64,000 nt of DNA from Macrostomum hystrix (taxonomy: Eukaryota > Animalia > Platyhelminthes). Each line of letters starts with the position of its first letter. Position 1 is the stretch's first letter. Position numbers and translations under genes: made by a program. Positions 35,401 through 53,739 of this stretch are shown piece after piece. The stretch covers positions 1,922,001 through 1,986,000 of the forward strand of contig CATNEN010000029.1 of the NCBI GenBank assembly GCA_950097015.1, given 5' to 3'. Under the pieces are notes generated by a model. That model was not told the DNA's origin. It made no database searches and saw nothing but the letters and a program-made list of their open reading frames with translations.

Positions 35401-38400
35401 GGCAGTGGTGACGCACGCCTGTCCCTACGTTGTGCAGCACAGCGGCAACGATGATTGGCGTCACAGTCTGGCATTCGCGCTCACCTATGCCAGCGCCGAG
35501 GAGTTCGCGGACTTGGCTGAGCAGATTGGCCGCCGATTGGAATCCGCCGGACGGCGTCAAGAGGCCGCATTGTGCTACGTGTGTGCCGGCTCCGTGCCTC
35601 GCCTGGCCGCCTGCCTAATGCCGTCTGGCGGCGAGCCCCGGCCACTGCTGCTGCAGGATGTTGTCGAGAAGGCTGAAGTTCTTCGCCTAGCAGTGACCGA
35701 CGCCGACGGTGGTGCCGCCGGAGTTGATCTCGGTGCTCTGACTGCCCACCTAGGCAGCTACGCCGAGCAGCTAGCCAATCAGGGCGAGCTTCGGGCTGCT
35801 CTTCGCTACCTGCAGCCCGCAGCCACTGGCGATCCCGGCCAGGCGGCTCGGGCCCACCGGCTCTACCAGGCGTTGGGCTGTCCGGCTGACCTTCCCGCGC
35901 CGCCGAATCCCTACAAGCCGGCGTTGGCCACTGCTCCGGCTGCTACTGGCGGCGTTGTCAACGGTGGCTACAAGCCAGCTGGACCCTATCCGACTAGCGG
36001 GTATACGGCCCGGCCAACGGTACGAATTTTGCTGATTTATTGTCTGTTTCATTTATTTTTTGTATGTAGTTATCTGTCCTGGTATTGGCGCTCTTAAATG
36101 ATCTATTACACGCGACCCAATCGGGACACATGTGCACCCGACAGCACAGCAGTTGCTATTGAAGGCTGTGTATGGATGTTCAGTTCAAGGACTGGGAGGA
36201 CGCCACACCCACCCTAAATTGCCCCAGAGGATCCTGGATCTACTTATTGAGATGCTGAACTCAAGAAATACAGAGTTAAGCGCCTTGCTCAAGGACACAA
36301 AGTGTTCCCTCTGGAGTCGGGAATCGAACCCCCAACTTTCAAGTCATTAGTCCGATGCTCTAATCCCTTTTCCAGACTCCGCCACCAACTGCCCCCCACC
36401 CTAGCTTACTCTTCCTCCTCCCCCAACCAGCTCTATCCGATCGTCTAACTTCTCCAGCCTGCGCCAGCTCCTGCCGCCAATCCGTACGCTGTACCGCCTT
36501 CGAACGCTGGCCACCAGATGTACAACCCAGCTGCTGTCCCGTCTAGCTTGGCCGCTTCCCAGCCGCCCGTCGGTTCGCAGCCGTATACCCCAGCTGGCCG
36601 GCCTAATCCGGCCTATGCAAACTATGCTGCTCCGCCGCCGCAGCCGCAGCAGCCGCCGCTGCCTCCGACAATGCAGCCGGCGTATAGTCAGTCCATGAAT
36701 CAACCGTCGCTTTACCAGCCGGCTGCATCGACTATTTATCAGCCAAACGCGCCGCCGCCGCAACATTCGATGCCGCCTCCCCCAATGCCGGGCGCCAATT
36801 TGAATTATTCCGCTATTAATAAGCCTCGAGATTCGTCAACTAATGCCGGCAGTGGAGGCTGGAATGATCCGCCATATTTGTCTGATAAGCCGCCCGTAAG
36901 TCAGCGGTTTTGTTTTTTTATTCATTTCAATTGGCGAGTGGCATGATTGAGAAAGCTCTGCAATGTCTAGGGAACACTTTGTTAGCTTTTCTCTATCCAA
37001 TCATCAAATTGCAGCTCAATACAGACGATTCAGTTGGTGTGGACATGTGGAACTCTGACATATTCTGGGTAGGGAGAAATCCTTTTGCGCGCCGGTTTGA
37101 TGTTACTCGTACTCAAAAGTTTCTTGTGCATCGAATGTGTGTGACTCATGAATTTAAACTTCAAAAATGTGCCTCATTTTTGCATTTTTTAATCTATTTT
37201 GCTGTACTGTTCCTACGAACTATTTATAGATAGCAAAAAATGCATGTTAGCAACTCGCATCTATGTGCGATTGTATGCCTGAGTACATATGCAGCCTGCA
37301 GTTCTGGGGTCATTGGAATCAACTGAAATGCCTCTTGTTGATCAGTGCAGGTCAACAGGTTCCATAAAATTATGGAATTTATTGTACCCATTAGCATGCT
37401 TGAATAGTTATTGTTACTATATATTTATGTCTCCTACATTCTTTATTATATTTCATTTGATTCGCAGTCTGACTCGGCCGCCCAGGTAGCCCCGCCGCCT
37501 GCCAACCTGTACAATCCGGCCGCTTATGTTGCCCAGCATCCGGCTGGCTTGCCGCAGCCGCCGCACGTCAATCCGTTGACTGCACCGCCACCAATTAGCC
37601 AAATGCCAACTGGCATGCCCCCAAGTCCACACGAGAAGGTTGGTGCCACCACTACCTGTCTGTCACTCTCGATCACTAAGTTAGAGTTCTTGAAAGTCAT
37701 TCGCGTATAAATTATTATTGGGCAAGAATATAGTCCCAAGATTTAAAGTTTTAACGTTACTATTGATCCCCTCCGAAGGAGGAGTTCCGTCTCTGCCTTA
37801 GACTAACGCAATAGATAATAGGTTTAGTACTTATCCTACCTCTCTCATTTCTCATGTTATTCTTACGAATCAACAATGTACAACGCAGGTGCACCAAACA
37901 TCTGGCGGTCGACGTTCGCGCAACACCTCAATGTGCAGCGACAAGGGCTCGGACGCAGCCGGATCCACTTCGGCTGCCAATACAGCCGCTGCGAATGCCG
38001 CGCAGCCGGCCGCGCTGCCCGAGCAATTCGCTCACTTTCCTCGAGTTCTCGGCGACCTTGTTGAGTCCTGCAGGCAGCGAAGCGCGGTCACTGCACGAAA
38101 GCGACAGGTGACTGTCAAGATGGACGATGTCGATAGGAAGCTGGCCTCCCTTTATGAACTACTGGCTCAGAATAAGGTAAATATTTGTATGCGATAGTAT
38201 TTACAGTTGCTTTTGGCTTTAAGGGCATTGTGTGTTTTACTGAATGGGATTTCCCGATTACTCTATGATCTACTGAGTCCTGAAATTAGGACTTCCCATA
38301 CATATACATTTTCTGATTTAGGGATTTCCCTACTGTAAGCTTTCCCATTTCCCAAATTTTGTGAATCGAATATTTTTCTTTCGATCATGAGATTAATAAA

Positions 38401-38941
38401 TATAATAATAATAATCATTGCAGGAGGGCTGGGGGTACGCACGCACACAGATACTGTACGCAGGCACACACACACAGGTGTGTACACCTGCCCTGACTTT
38501 CTCATCGTCAGGCAGTGTACACTTTCACTGTGCCTTGGAGGTTGGCCCTCAAGGGCTTAAATTGCACGACAAGCCCCCAAGCCTTCTCTCCGCGGCTGCG
38601 CCCTAAATGAATGTGGCCTCGCCGCGGAATCGAGCTCAGTGACCTCGGTGCGAGAGGCAAACGCATTAACCGCTCTGCCACCGACCCCCTGATCAAATGA
38701 TTTCCCATAGCTTCAGATTTTCCTGACACGTAAAATAATAATTTCACTTCTACCTGTCCATCAGCTATCGCAGCCGGTGCTTGACGGCCTGGTCGCTATC
38801 GTGACCAACTTGCAGCAGAGCGCGCTGCAGGACGCGCTTGCCTGGGTGAATCACGTGATCCAGTCGGCCAACTTTGCCGAGATTCGCACCTTCATGCCTG
38901 GTGTTAAAGTTCTGGTCCAGACGGCTATCGAGTTGGCGTAA
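32454..38941 (+). CDS. SEC31: COPII outer coat protein SEC31, 8 exons (~1175 aa)
   Basis: Phase-consistent exons: 32454-32566, 32717-33268, 34065-34386, 34550-36019, 36458-36895, 37468-37638, 37889-38176, 38765-38941. The WD40 N-terminus (AWSP...LAAGTSAHQLDASFS...LELFE), APKWLRPRCGARFGFGGRLVSF, a proline-rich region with GWNDPP and a C-terminal FMPGVKVLVQ are present. Confidence 0.95.
33400..34010. repeat. 24-bp minisatellite (gcagctagaaccagttcaggaact) in SEC31 intron 2
   Basis: About 25 near-identical units; source of the VPELVLAA antisense ORF. Confidence 0.97.
36070..36370 (-). mobile_element. tRNA-derived CORE-like SINE, family B (SEC31 intron 4)
   Basis: The minus strand has B box ggggttcgattccc, then ttgtgtccttgagcaaggcgcttaac, which resembles the CORE-SINE central motif (MIR-type tgtgaccttgggcaagtcacttaac). 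Confidence 0.7.
38420..38690 (-). mobile_element. tRNA-derived SINE, family A (SEC31 intron 7), best-preserved copy
   Basis: ggggtcggtggcagagcggttaatgcg...gagctcgattccgcggcgaggcc head plus the shared body and hairpin. Confidence 0.82.
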
Positions 38942-41214
38942 ATGTTTCTCGCTTTCAATTGCATCATCACATTACTCCAGATGCTTGTGGATTCTATCAT
39001 TGGTTTGGAATGAGGAATAATTTACCTAATTTCCTTATCTGTTGTAGTCTTCTAAATGTTAAAGAAGTGCGTTAGTTACGAGTACCTGTCTACGAGTTTC
39101 TGTGTTTCGTTTCTGGTTACTGTTAGTAGCTACTAACTGGTCTTTTTTTAGTCCCGTTTGGCAATTGTCTCTATATTCATTTCCCTCTCCTGTTAGTTAT
39201 TGATGTTTTTCTGTTCATTTTCTTCAAATGCACTGACCCTCATTGATTTGCTTATTTAACTATCCTTATCTTGCGTTGGTTCTTGTTGCCTAATTTCTCT
39301 GCTTACTATTGACCTGGTGGCTTGCCTGTCCATCGCTGTGGTGATTATCTGTTGCCCTTCTTTACTAAAATAGCAGCTTTTTTGTGCTAAAATATATATA
39401 TTACAATAACTTAAGCTTCAATTCAAACTTGGTAATTATTTTAATAACGCTCGTGAATCATGAATCGTGAATCAATGAATGAATCAATGAATCGTGAATA
39501 GCTCGTGAATCAAATTAACAGAGTAAGTAACAGTAATTTCCCTGATGAAAACGGTAGCTACTAAAAAACTGACCAATCAACAGAATATCAGGTGAGTAGT
39601 GCTTTCTTAGAAAGCCGATATCGCTAAAACTTCTATTTTAAGGAAAAGCAAATCCTTATGCTAATATTTATATCTTTTTTTGCAAACACTTCACGCCTAC
39701 TAAAAGTAACAATTTTCGTTTATTTACAATTATCATATACATTTTTCCTATTTATCTAATTATTAAACATGTAAGGCAATTAGACAAGTTTTAATCTTGT
39801 ATTGAGCAGTTTTCATCCGTGCCTAACCATACAGTGTTATTTCTCTTATTTATTTTCACCCCTTTCTTTCTTATCTGATAAGTTTTCGTGTTTATTGGCT
39901 TGAATTGCATGCGTCAACAGTGTGTGTGTGTGTGTTGTCTGATTTCTATTTATTACTGTTATTTTCTGCTATTGTCAAAGTGTGCCAGTATAAGTAGCAT
40001 GCTTTCTTTGCCCCTTACCGTAAACTTTTTTGTGTCCTTCGGTTTTCTGTGTCTGCTAGACTCTTCTCAGTTGTCTTCAAGTTTATTAATTCAGTTTAAT
40101 TATCATTAGTTGTTTGTCAGCGCCTAGTTCTATTTGCATGTCTAATTTTAAATCTTATATATAAAAATTGTCTTTTTTCGCCTAAGCAAAATCCTCTCAA
40201 TTTGACCTCTGGGTCAAATTGGCGGACTTTTTATTGGCTTTTGATGAAAGCAATCCTTATCTTCTATCATTGATTTCCCTAGGCCCAAATTAGATATAGG
40301 CCCAATGTAGGAATTCCTGAGTTTGAGTTTCCAAACTCTTCAGCTTGGGTTTTACCTATGTTGGGTTCGCAAACAATCAATTTACCTAAAAATCAAAATT
40401 TTAGGTTGTTTTAAATTTTAAGTGTTTTCCAACTAGGGATTTCCTTCATAGGGGTGGATTTCCCTTATGGGGATTTCCCCACTAGGAGTTCCCCAACATA
40501 ATAGTTTTCTAATCGAGATTTATCAACATTGGGGGTTTATTAAGGGTATCATAGCAAAATATTAACCTAAAAGTAAATTTTGAAATCGTAATCCTTTTTA
40601 GATTCGGTGTTGACAGATCTACTTAATGGTGTTGCTGTTTTTGTTAGCAGATTTTCTGATTCTATAAGAACTTCGATTTTGGTTGTCAACTGATTGCTAT
40701 AACATATTCGCTAATTAAAAGTTCAATAAATCTGTTATTTTTTATCAATGGTGTCGCGTATTTGTCTCCCTATTTGTTAGCTGTGTAATTCGCAAATGAC
40801 TTATTCTGAACGGGTTTCGCTAGCAACTGTTCATCGATCTGTTACTTGTTTTGTTTTTTTCGCCTTACAATCTGATTCACGCTAACTCTTACGCAACCCC
40901 CAGCAATTGCTTCCTCGTGGTTTCCTTTCTATTCTATGCAGCTCATTTTAAGAACAGAAATTCATTGTTGGTGTCTTGATCTAGTTAAAAAAAGATACAG
41001 AACTATATATAATCGCATACCTGATACTTATATTTAGTGTGACAAAAAAGAGAAATACAAAACTGTTTGACTGCTAGACCAAGTTCGCTATGGTCTAGTT
41101 GGTTGTCCTCTATCGATTATGAATTTATTGTTCGTCTTATTTAGTAATGCTCATTTTATTTATCTTTTGTACTTTCTTAGGGTAGGATGTTATAGTAGGC
41201 CACAGCTCAGGCTT

Positions 41215-41395
41215 GTGAATGTTCATATTTACAGTTTAGCTCTCGCACCGAGATTCCTGAGTTCGAATCCGCGGCGAGGCCAAGTTTATTTGGGTCGCAG
41301 CTTCGTATAGAATATTGGCTTAGGGGCTTGGCGTTCAACTTACGCCCATGAGGGCCAAACCCCCTAGGCCCAGTGAGTGTGTTACTGCATAACCT
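41215..41395 (+). mobile_element. SINE family A partial copy upstream of PI4KB
   Basis: ctctcgcaccgag...gagttcgaatccgcggcgaggcc...gagggccaaacc homologous to the other copies. Confidence 0.72.
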
Positions 41396-41525
41396 ATCCG
41401 TGTCCCTATACGTTTACAAACAGTTTTATTAGCTTTTATATCATTCTGCTTCTTCTGTAAGCAGTCGCCGGTCATTTATAAAGTATTACGCAACACTCCA
41501 AACTGCAGGCTAATCAGCCACAGCG

Positions 41526-45683
<4,158 letters not shown>

Positions 45684-46169
45684 TGATTTCAGATTATTCC
45701 GTTTTTGTGATCTTGGCTGCTGTTGTCGCTCCACTCTATCTGTAGTGTGTTTTATATTTTCCTCACTTATAAAATCTGTAAGCAACGAATCTAGATAGTT
45801 TTTGTGTCTACATCGAGTCTGTAACGTCAAACCGTAAGAGTTTTGCCCACCCGCAACGACCCACCGCTTTCGGTTTAGCCAATCGAGCGACTTATTGAAC
45901 GAATTTTTCTACATTTATAGTTTTTGTTGGCACTATTATTAAGGCCAGTCCTATTGTTTTGTTTTGTTTTAATCGGAAAGCTTGTAGTGCATTGTTGAAT
46001 GGTGCATAGTTGTTATAATAATGTGGTTTATCTAGTAGATGCTTGCATTCGCATTTTTGCACCCCACCTCGCATGCCATGCTTTACTTTGCGTTATCATG
46101 CATTATTTCGTTCACTCTATGCTTTGCTTTGCGTTTGCAAACTGCCTGTTTTATTAGAGAATGGATTAA

Positions 46170-47290
46170 GGATTGCTAATCTAGCCTAATGGAATAGACG
46201 GTTAAATGGATTGCTAGTCTAGCCTAATGGAATACAGGGTTAAATGGATTGCTAATCTAGCCTAATGAAATACAGGGTTAAATGGATTGCTAGTCTAGCC
46301 TAATGAAATACAGGGTTAATTGGATTGCTAATCTAGCCTAATGGAATACAGGGTTAAATGGATTGCTTGTCTAGCCTAATGAAATACAGGGTTAAATGGA
46401 TTGCTAATCTAGCCTAATGAAATACAGGGTTAAATGGATTGCTAATCTAGCCTAATGGAATAGACGGTTAAATGGATTGCTAGTCTAGCCTAATGGAATA
46501 CAGGGTTAAATGGATTGCTAGTCTAGCCTAATGGAATACAGGGTTAAATGGATTGCTAGTCTAGCCTAATGGAATAGACGGTTAAATGGATTGCTAGTCT
46601 AGCCTAATGGAATACAGGGTTAAATGGATTGCTAGTCTAGGCTAATGGAATACAGGGTTAAATGGATTGCTAGTCTAGCCTAATGGAATACAGGGTTAAA
46701 TGGATTGCTAGTCTAGCCTAATGAAATACAGGGTTAAATGGATTGCTAGTCTAGCCTAATGGAATACAGGGTTAAATGGATTGCTAGTCTAGCCTAATGG
46801 AATACAGGGTTAAATGGATTGCTAGTCTAGCCTAATGGAATAGACGGTTAAATGGATTGCTAGTCTAGCCTAATGGAATACAGGGTTAAATGGATTGCTA
46901 ATCTAGCCTAATGGAATAGACGGTTAAATGGATTGCTAGTCTAGCCTAATGGAATAGACGGTTAAATGGATTGCTAATCTAGCCTAATGAAATACAGGGT
47001 TAAATGGATTGCTAGTCTAGCCTAATGGAATACAGGGTTAAATGGATTGCTAGTCTAGCCTAATGAAATACAGGGTTAAATGGATTGCTAGTCTAGCCTA
47101 ATGGAATACAGGGTTAAATGGATTGCTAATCTAGCCTAATGAAATACAGGGTTAAATGGATTGCTAATCTAGCCTAATGGAATACAGGGTTAAATGGATT
47201 GCTAATCTAGCCTAATGAAATACAGGGTTAAATGGATTGCTAGTCTAGGCTAATGGAATACAGGGTTAAATGGATTGCTAGTCTAGCCCT
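46170..47290. repeat. 38-bp minisatellite (ggattgctagtctagcctaatggaatacagggttaaat)
   Basis: About 29 tandem units. Confidence 0.97.
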
Positions 47291-47706
47291 ATGAATCAAC
47301 GAGTAGGTCATATGATTTCATGTCAATCAAACTTGTGTTTCATATATTCCATTTCCGTTTTAACCAGTAGTATATAAATAGTAATTTGTGGTTGTATAAA
47401 ATATCGCAGCAATGAAGTGCATTCTTTAACGTTAAATATTCAGTTTTTTTTATTTTAAATGCGGTTTTTTTCACTGCTGCTTCCACTATCTGCCGCGGCG
47501 AACAAGTATGAGAACAAATGTGTCCATGGACAGCTGAATTTTGTTTTACTACTAGATGCGTATCTTGGTAAATATGTGTAGCATATTATTTTTTATTTTT
47601 CAATTGATTTCCTTTTTTATACATAATTCTGTGTATTGTTAGCGTATAGCTTCTTGTAGGAGCTTCTATTTGAAATTCATGATATCTGTCACAGTCACTC
47701 TTACTT

Positions 47707-50700
47707 ATGACATTCTGTCACTCTCTTATCCACATTCTGGGACTCTCTTATCCACATTCTGTCACTCTCTTATCCACATTCTGTGACCCTCTTATCCACA
47801 TTCTGTCACTCTCTTATCCACATTCTGTGACCCTCTTATCCACATTCTGGGACTCTCTTATCCACATTCTGGGACTCTCTTATCCACATTCTGGGACTCT
47901 CTTATCCACATTCTGTCACTCTCTTATCCACATTCTGTGACCCTCTTATCCACATTCTGTCACTCTCTTATCCACATTCTGTGACCCTCTTATCCACATT
48001 CTGGGACTCTCTTATCCACATTCTGGGACTCTCTTATCCACATTCTGGGACTCTCTTATCCACATTCTGGGACTCTCTTATCCACATTCTGGGACTCTCT
48101 TATCCACATTCTGGGACTCTCTTATCCACATTCTGTCACTCTCTTATCCACATTCTGGGACTCTCTTATCCACATTCTAACCCTCTTATCCACATTCTGG
48201 GACTCTCTTATCCACATTCTAGGACTCTCTTATCCACATTCTAGGACTCTCTTATCCACATTCTGTCACCCTCTTATCCACATTCTGTGACTCTCTTATC
48301 CACATTCTGGGACTCTCTTATCCACATTCTGGGACTCTCTTATCCACATTCTGTCACTCTCTTATCCACATTCTGGGACTCTCTTATCCACATTCTAACC
48401 CTCTTATCCACATTCTGTCACCCTCTTATCCACATTCTGGGACTCTCTTATCCACATTCTGTCACCCTCTTATCCACATTCTGTGACTCTCTTATCCACA
48501 TTCTGGGACTCTCTTATCCACATTCTGGGACTCTCTTATCCACATTCTGTCACTCTCTTATCCACATTCTGGGACTCTCTTATCCACATTCTGGGACTCT
48601 CTTATCCACATTCTGGGACTCTCTTATCCACATTCTGTCACTCTCTTATCCACATTCTGTCACTCTCTTATCCACATTCTGGGACTCTCTTATCCACATT
48701 CTGTCACTCTCTTATCCACATTCTGTCACTCTCTTATCCACATTCTGGGACTCTCTTATCCACATTCTGTCACCCTCTTATCCACATTCTGTCACCCTCT
48801 TATCCACATTCTGTGACCCTTTTATCCACATTCTGTAACCCTCTTATCCACATTCTGTCACTCTCTTATCCACATTCTGGGACTCTCTTATCCACATTCT
48901 GTCACTCTCTTATCCACATTCTGGGACTCTCTTATCCACATTCTGTCACCCTCTTATCCACATTCTGTGACCCTTTTATCCACATTCTGTAACCCTCTTA
49001 TCCACATTCTGGGACTCTCTTATCCACATTCTGGGACTCTCTTATCCACATTCTGTCACCCTCTTATCCACATTCTGTCACCCTCTTATCCACATTCTGT
49101 GACCCTTTTATCCACATTCTGTAACCCTCTTATCCACATTCTGTGACTCTCTTATCCACATTCTGTAACCCTCTTATCCACATTCTGGGACTCTCTTATC
49201 CACATTCTGGGACTCTCTTATCCACATTCTGTCACCCTCTTATCCACATTCTGTGACCCTTTTATCCACATTCTGTAACCCTCTTATCCACATTCTGGGA
49301 CTCTCTTATCCACATTCTGGGACTCTCTTATCCACATTCTGTCACCCTCTTATCCACATTCTGTCACCCTCTTATCCACATTCTGTGACCCTTTTATCCA
49401 CATTCTGTAACCCTCTTATCCACATTCTGTGACTCTCTTATCCACATTCTGTCACCCTCTTATCCACATTCTGTGACTCTCTTATCCACATTCTGTGACT
49501 CTCTTATCCACATTCTGTCACCCTCTTATCCACATTCTGTCACCCTCTTATCCACATTCTGTCACTCTCTTATCCACATTCTGTCACTCTCTTATCCACA
49601 TTCTGTCACCCTCTTATCCACATTCTGTCACCCTCTTATACACATTCTGGGACTCTCTTATCCACATTCTGGGACTCTCTTATCCACATTCTGTCACCCT
49701 CTTATCCACATTCTGTCACCCTCTTATCCACATTCTGTGACTCTCTTATCCACATTCTGTCACCCTTTTATCTACATTCTGTAACCCTCTTATACACATT
49801 CTGGGACTCTCTTATCCACATTCTGGGACTCTCTTATCCACATTCTGTCACCCTCTTATCCACATTCTGTCACCCTCTTATCCACATTCTTTGACCCTTT
49901 TATCCACATTCTGTAACCCTCTTATCCACATTCTGTCACTCTCTTATCCACATTCTGGGACTCTCTTATCCACATTCTGTCACCCTCTTATCCACATTCT
50001 GTCACTCTCTTATCCACATTCTGTCACTCTCTTATCCACATTCTGTCACCCTCTTATCCACATTCTGTCACCCTCTTATCCACATTCTGTGACCCTTTTA
50101 TCCACATTCTGTAACCCTCTTATCCACATTCTGTCACTCTCTTATCCACATTCTGGGACTCTCTTATCCACATTCTGTCACTCTCTTATCCACATTCTGT
50201 CACTCTCTTATGCACATTCTGTCACCCTCTTATCCACATTCTGTCACTCTCTTATCCACATTCTGTCACTCTCTTATGCACATTCTGTCACTCTCTTATC
50301 CACATTCTGTCACCATCTTATCCACATTCTGTCACTCTCTTATCCACATTCTGTCACCCTCTTATCCACATTCTGTCACCCTCTTATCCACATTCTGTCA
50401 CCCTCTTATCCACATTCTGTCACTCTCTTATCCACATTCTGTCACTCTCTTATGCACATTCTGTCACCCTCTTATCCACATTCTGTCACTCTCTTATCCA
50501 CATTCTGTCACCCTCTTATCCACATTCTGTCACCCTCTTATCCACATTCTGTCACTCTCTTATCCACATTCTGTCACTCTCTTATGCACATTCTGTCACC
50601 CTCTTATCCACATTCTGTCACCCTCTTATCCACATTCTGTCACTCTCTTATCCACATTCTGTCACCCTCTTATCCACATTCTGTCACTATTTTATCCACA

Positions 50701-51045
50701 TTCTGTCACTCTCTTATGCACATTCTGTCACTCTCTTATCCACATTCTGTCACCATCTTATCCACATTCTGTCACCATCTTGTCCACATTCTGTCACCAT
50801 CTTATCCACATTCTGTCACCATCTTATCCACATTCTGTCACCATCTTATCCACATTCTGTCACCATCTTATCCACATTCTGTCACCATCTTGTCCACATT
50901 CTGTCACCATCTTATCCACATTCTGTCACCATGTTATCCACATTCTGTCACCATCTTATCCACATTCTGTCACCATGTTATCCACATTCTGTCACCATCT
51001 TATCCACATTCTGTCACCATGTTATCCACAATCTGTCACTCTCGG
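47707..51045. repeat. 22-bp satellite (ctctcttatccacattctgtca), ~150 copies
   Basis: Directly visible, with a gradient of variants along the array; source of the LLSTFCH and LSYPHS ORFs. Confidence 0.98.
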
Positions 51046-51950
51046 TTACTTTTGTAATTAAAATGATAATTTAGACGGAGAGTGATTTCCACACTTAGCC
51101 TGAACGAACACTAACTGTATATATACACGAAGACTGCAATTATTTAGCTATCTGTCTTAATAATAGAAAGTATTATTATTGTTACATCATACAGCATATT
51201 TAGCAGCTTAAAAAAAACTGGCGTTCTAGCTCGTATTTGGTCACAACCATGTTTTCATGGTCATGTAATTTTTCTTGTTTTCGGCGAGTTAAAATCGGTC
51301 GCTATGCACATTTAATATGAAATTAGTTATATAGAAATGGCTTAATCTTAACTGTTGTGTTGCCATGTGAGACCTCTGTTTACTAGTATAGATTATAACT
51401 ATATTAATCGGATTTAGAATATTTTTCAAACGCAATTACATTCTTGTAGCGCTCCGTAAATTACTCTCATTTACTCAGCAGTTGATTGTACGCTTGTATT
51501 AAAAATATCTATTGATTGACACATATTTCCTGCGCTTCTTCTCTCCGCCAGTTTTATCTTGCGTTCGTGTTGTTTGTTCCAAGCTGTGTTTAATCTATTT
51601 TGTTTGCCTTTATACAAAAATAAGACGCATAAAATAGTACTTCTGGTAGTACTCTTAGAGTACTTTTTACTAATTATTATAAAAATACATGGATTCCTTG
51701 ATTCGCGAATATTATATAATTTTAGTTCATTGTTTTCCATATTATTCTTATTCTCAATATTGTTTTTATTATTATCGCTTTAGTGGCCAATAACTGTAGT
51801 TCAGTCAGACTTAACGTTTTCATTTTTCCCCAGGCAGGAGCAAGAAAACTTGAAGGTCAACGATTGGTCAAGATTAAATCTGTTAGTCACTAATTAGTCA
51901 AGATCGAATCAGTGTGTCGCTGATTGGTCATAAAGAATTTTGAAGTCACG

Positions 51951-53055
51951 GATTGGTCGAGATTGAATCTGGGAGTCCCTGAATGGTCGAGATTGAATCT
52001 GGGAGTCACTAATTGGTCGAGATTGAATCTGGGAGTCACTAATTGGTCGAGATTGAATCTGGGAGTCACTGATTGGTCGAGATTGAATCTGGGAGTCACT
52101 AATTGGTCGAGATTGAATCTGGGAGTCACTGATTGGTCGAGATTGAATCTGGGAGTCACTGATTGGTCGAGATTGAATCTGGGAGTCACTGATTGGTCGA
52201 GATTTAATCTGGGAGTCACTGATTGCTCGAGATTGAATCTGGGAGTCACTGATTGGTCGAGATTTAATCTGGGAGTCACTGATTGGTCGAGATTTAATCT
52301 GGGAGTCACTGATTGGTCGAGATTGAATCTGGGAGTCACTAATTGGTCGAGATTGAATCTGGGAGTCACTGATTGGTCGAGATTGAATCTGGGAGTCACT
52401 GATTGGTCGAGATTGAATCTGGGAGTCACTGATTGGTCGAGATTGAATCTGGGAGTCACTGATTGGTCGAGATTGAATCTGGGAGTCACTGTTTGCTCGA
52501 GATTGAATCTGGGAGTCACTGATTGGTCGAGATTGAATCTGGGAGTCACTGATTGGTCGAGATTGAATCTGGGAGTCACTGATTGGTCGAGATTTAATCT
52601 GGGAGTCACTGATTGCTCGAGATTGAATCTGGGAGTCACTGATTGGTCGAGATTGAATCTGGGAGTCACTGATTGGTCGAGATTGAATCTGGGAGTCACT
52701 GATTGGTCGAGATTGAATCTGGGAGTCACTGATTGGTCGAGATTTAATCTGGGAGTCACTGATTGCTCGAGATTGAATCTGGGAGTCACTGATTGGTCGA
52801 GATTGAATCTGGGAGTCACTGATTGGTCGAGATTGAATCTGGGAGTCACTGATTGGTCGAGATTTAATCTGGGAGTCACTGATTGGTCGAGATTGAATCT
52901 GGGAGTCACTGATTGGTCGAGATTTAATCTGGGAGTCACTGATTGCTCGAGATTGAATCTGGGAGTCACTGATTGGTCGAGATTTAATCTGGGAGTCACT
53001 GATTGGTCGAGATTTAATCTGGGAGTCACTGATTGGTCAAGATTAAATCTGAGAG
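51951..53055. repeat. 30-bp minisatellite (gattggtcgagattgaatctgggagtcact), ~37 copies, CCAAT-containing
   Basis: Highly homogeneous units with degenerate flanking units from about 51860. Confidence 0.98.
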
Positions 53056-53084
53056 CAATAAATAATAATAGACTTGCCAAAGAT

Positions 53085-53160
53085 ACACGGATTGTTTTCC
53101 CTCGAATCAGATTCGAATTTGCGACCTGTCGGTCTGAAGTCCACAGCTCTACGAGCTAAC
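53085..53160 (-). mobile_element. truncated tRNA-derived SINE head (family B-like)
   Basis: The minus strand reads gttagctcgtagagctgtggacttcagaccgacaggtcgcaaattcgaatc...ccgtgtatctttggcaag. Confidence 0.55.
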
Positions 53161-53739
53161 AAACATAGGGCTACAAGGTACTTTCATGGCCTGGTTTACG
53201 AGAATTTAAAAAGAAAAATGCAGAAATATTTATAAACATTGTAGGTTAAACTACGAGTATATTTTAGTCATAGTGTTGGCTTCTTGCATTGTTTATGAAG
53301 GTGTCGTTTTATTGTTTTTTAGTGTCTGTGCAACAAATATAAATTATGTAATATAATCTGTGTGTGCGTGATTGAGTGTAGAACTGTAGATAAGCGGTGA
53401 TTTAATAGCGGCACTTAAAAAATTGCAACGGTGTGGGTTACGAGCGTAAAAAGTGCGAATCGCAGAATTGCACGATGCAAATGTGGGAGCAAACTGAAGA
53501 GCGACTTCGGTTTTTAATATGACTTATAATTTCCTTTATTCTTGTCCTGATCCTAATTAGTCTTTTAACGAGAATTATACTATAGCTGATTGGATAAAGT
53601 TTCTGAAAATGTTTAGGCTAGACCTATATCCTACCTCCCTCTCGTACACAGTTCTGCACATTCTTTTCCCGACCACAGATACTATAATAACTTATTATAG
53701 CTATAATATACTGTTCCGACCAGCTAGCCCCTCATACCC

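Noticed and set aside
38480-38522. Functional hammerhead ribozyme in SINE family A
   Set aside because: Core letters are present but stems II and III are missing; kept only as a hairpin observation.
47707-53159. Long ORFs of up to 411 aa in the 22-bp and 30-bp arrays
   Set aside because: These are stop-poor tandem repeats open on both strands or in several frames, with no unique coding sequence.
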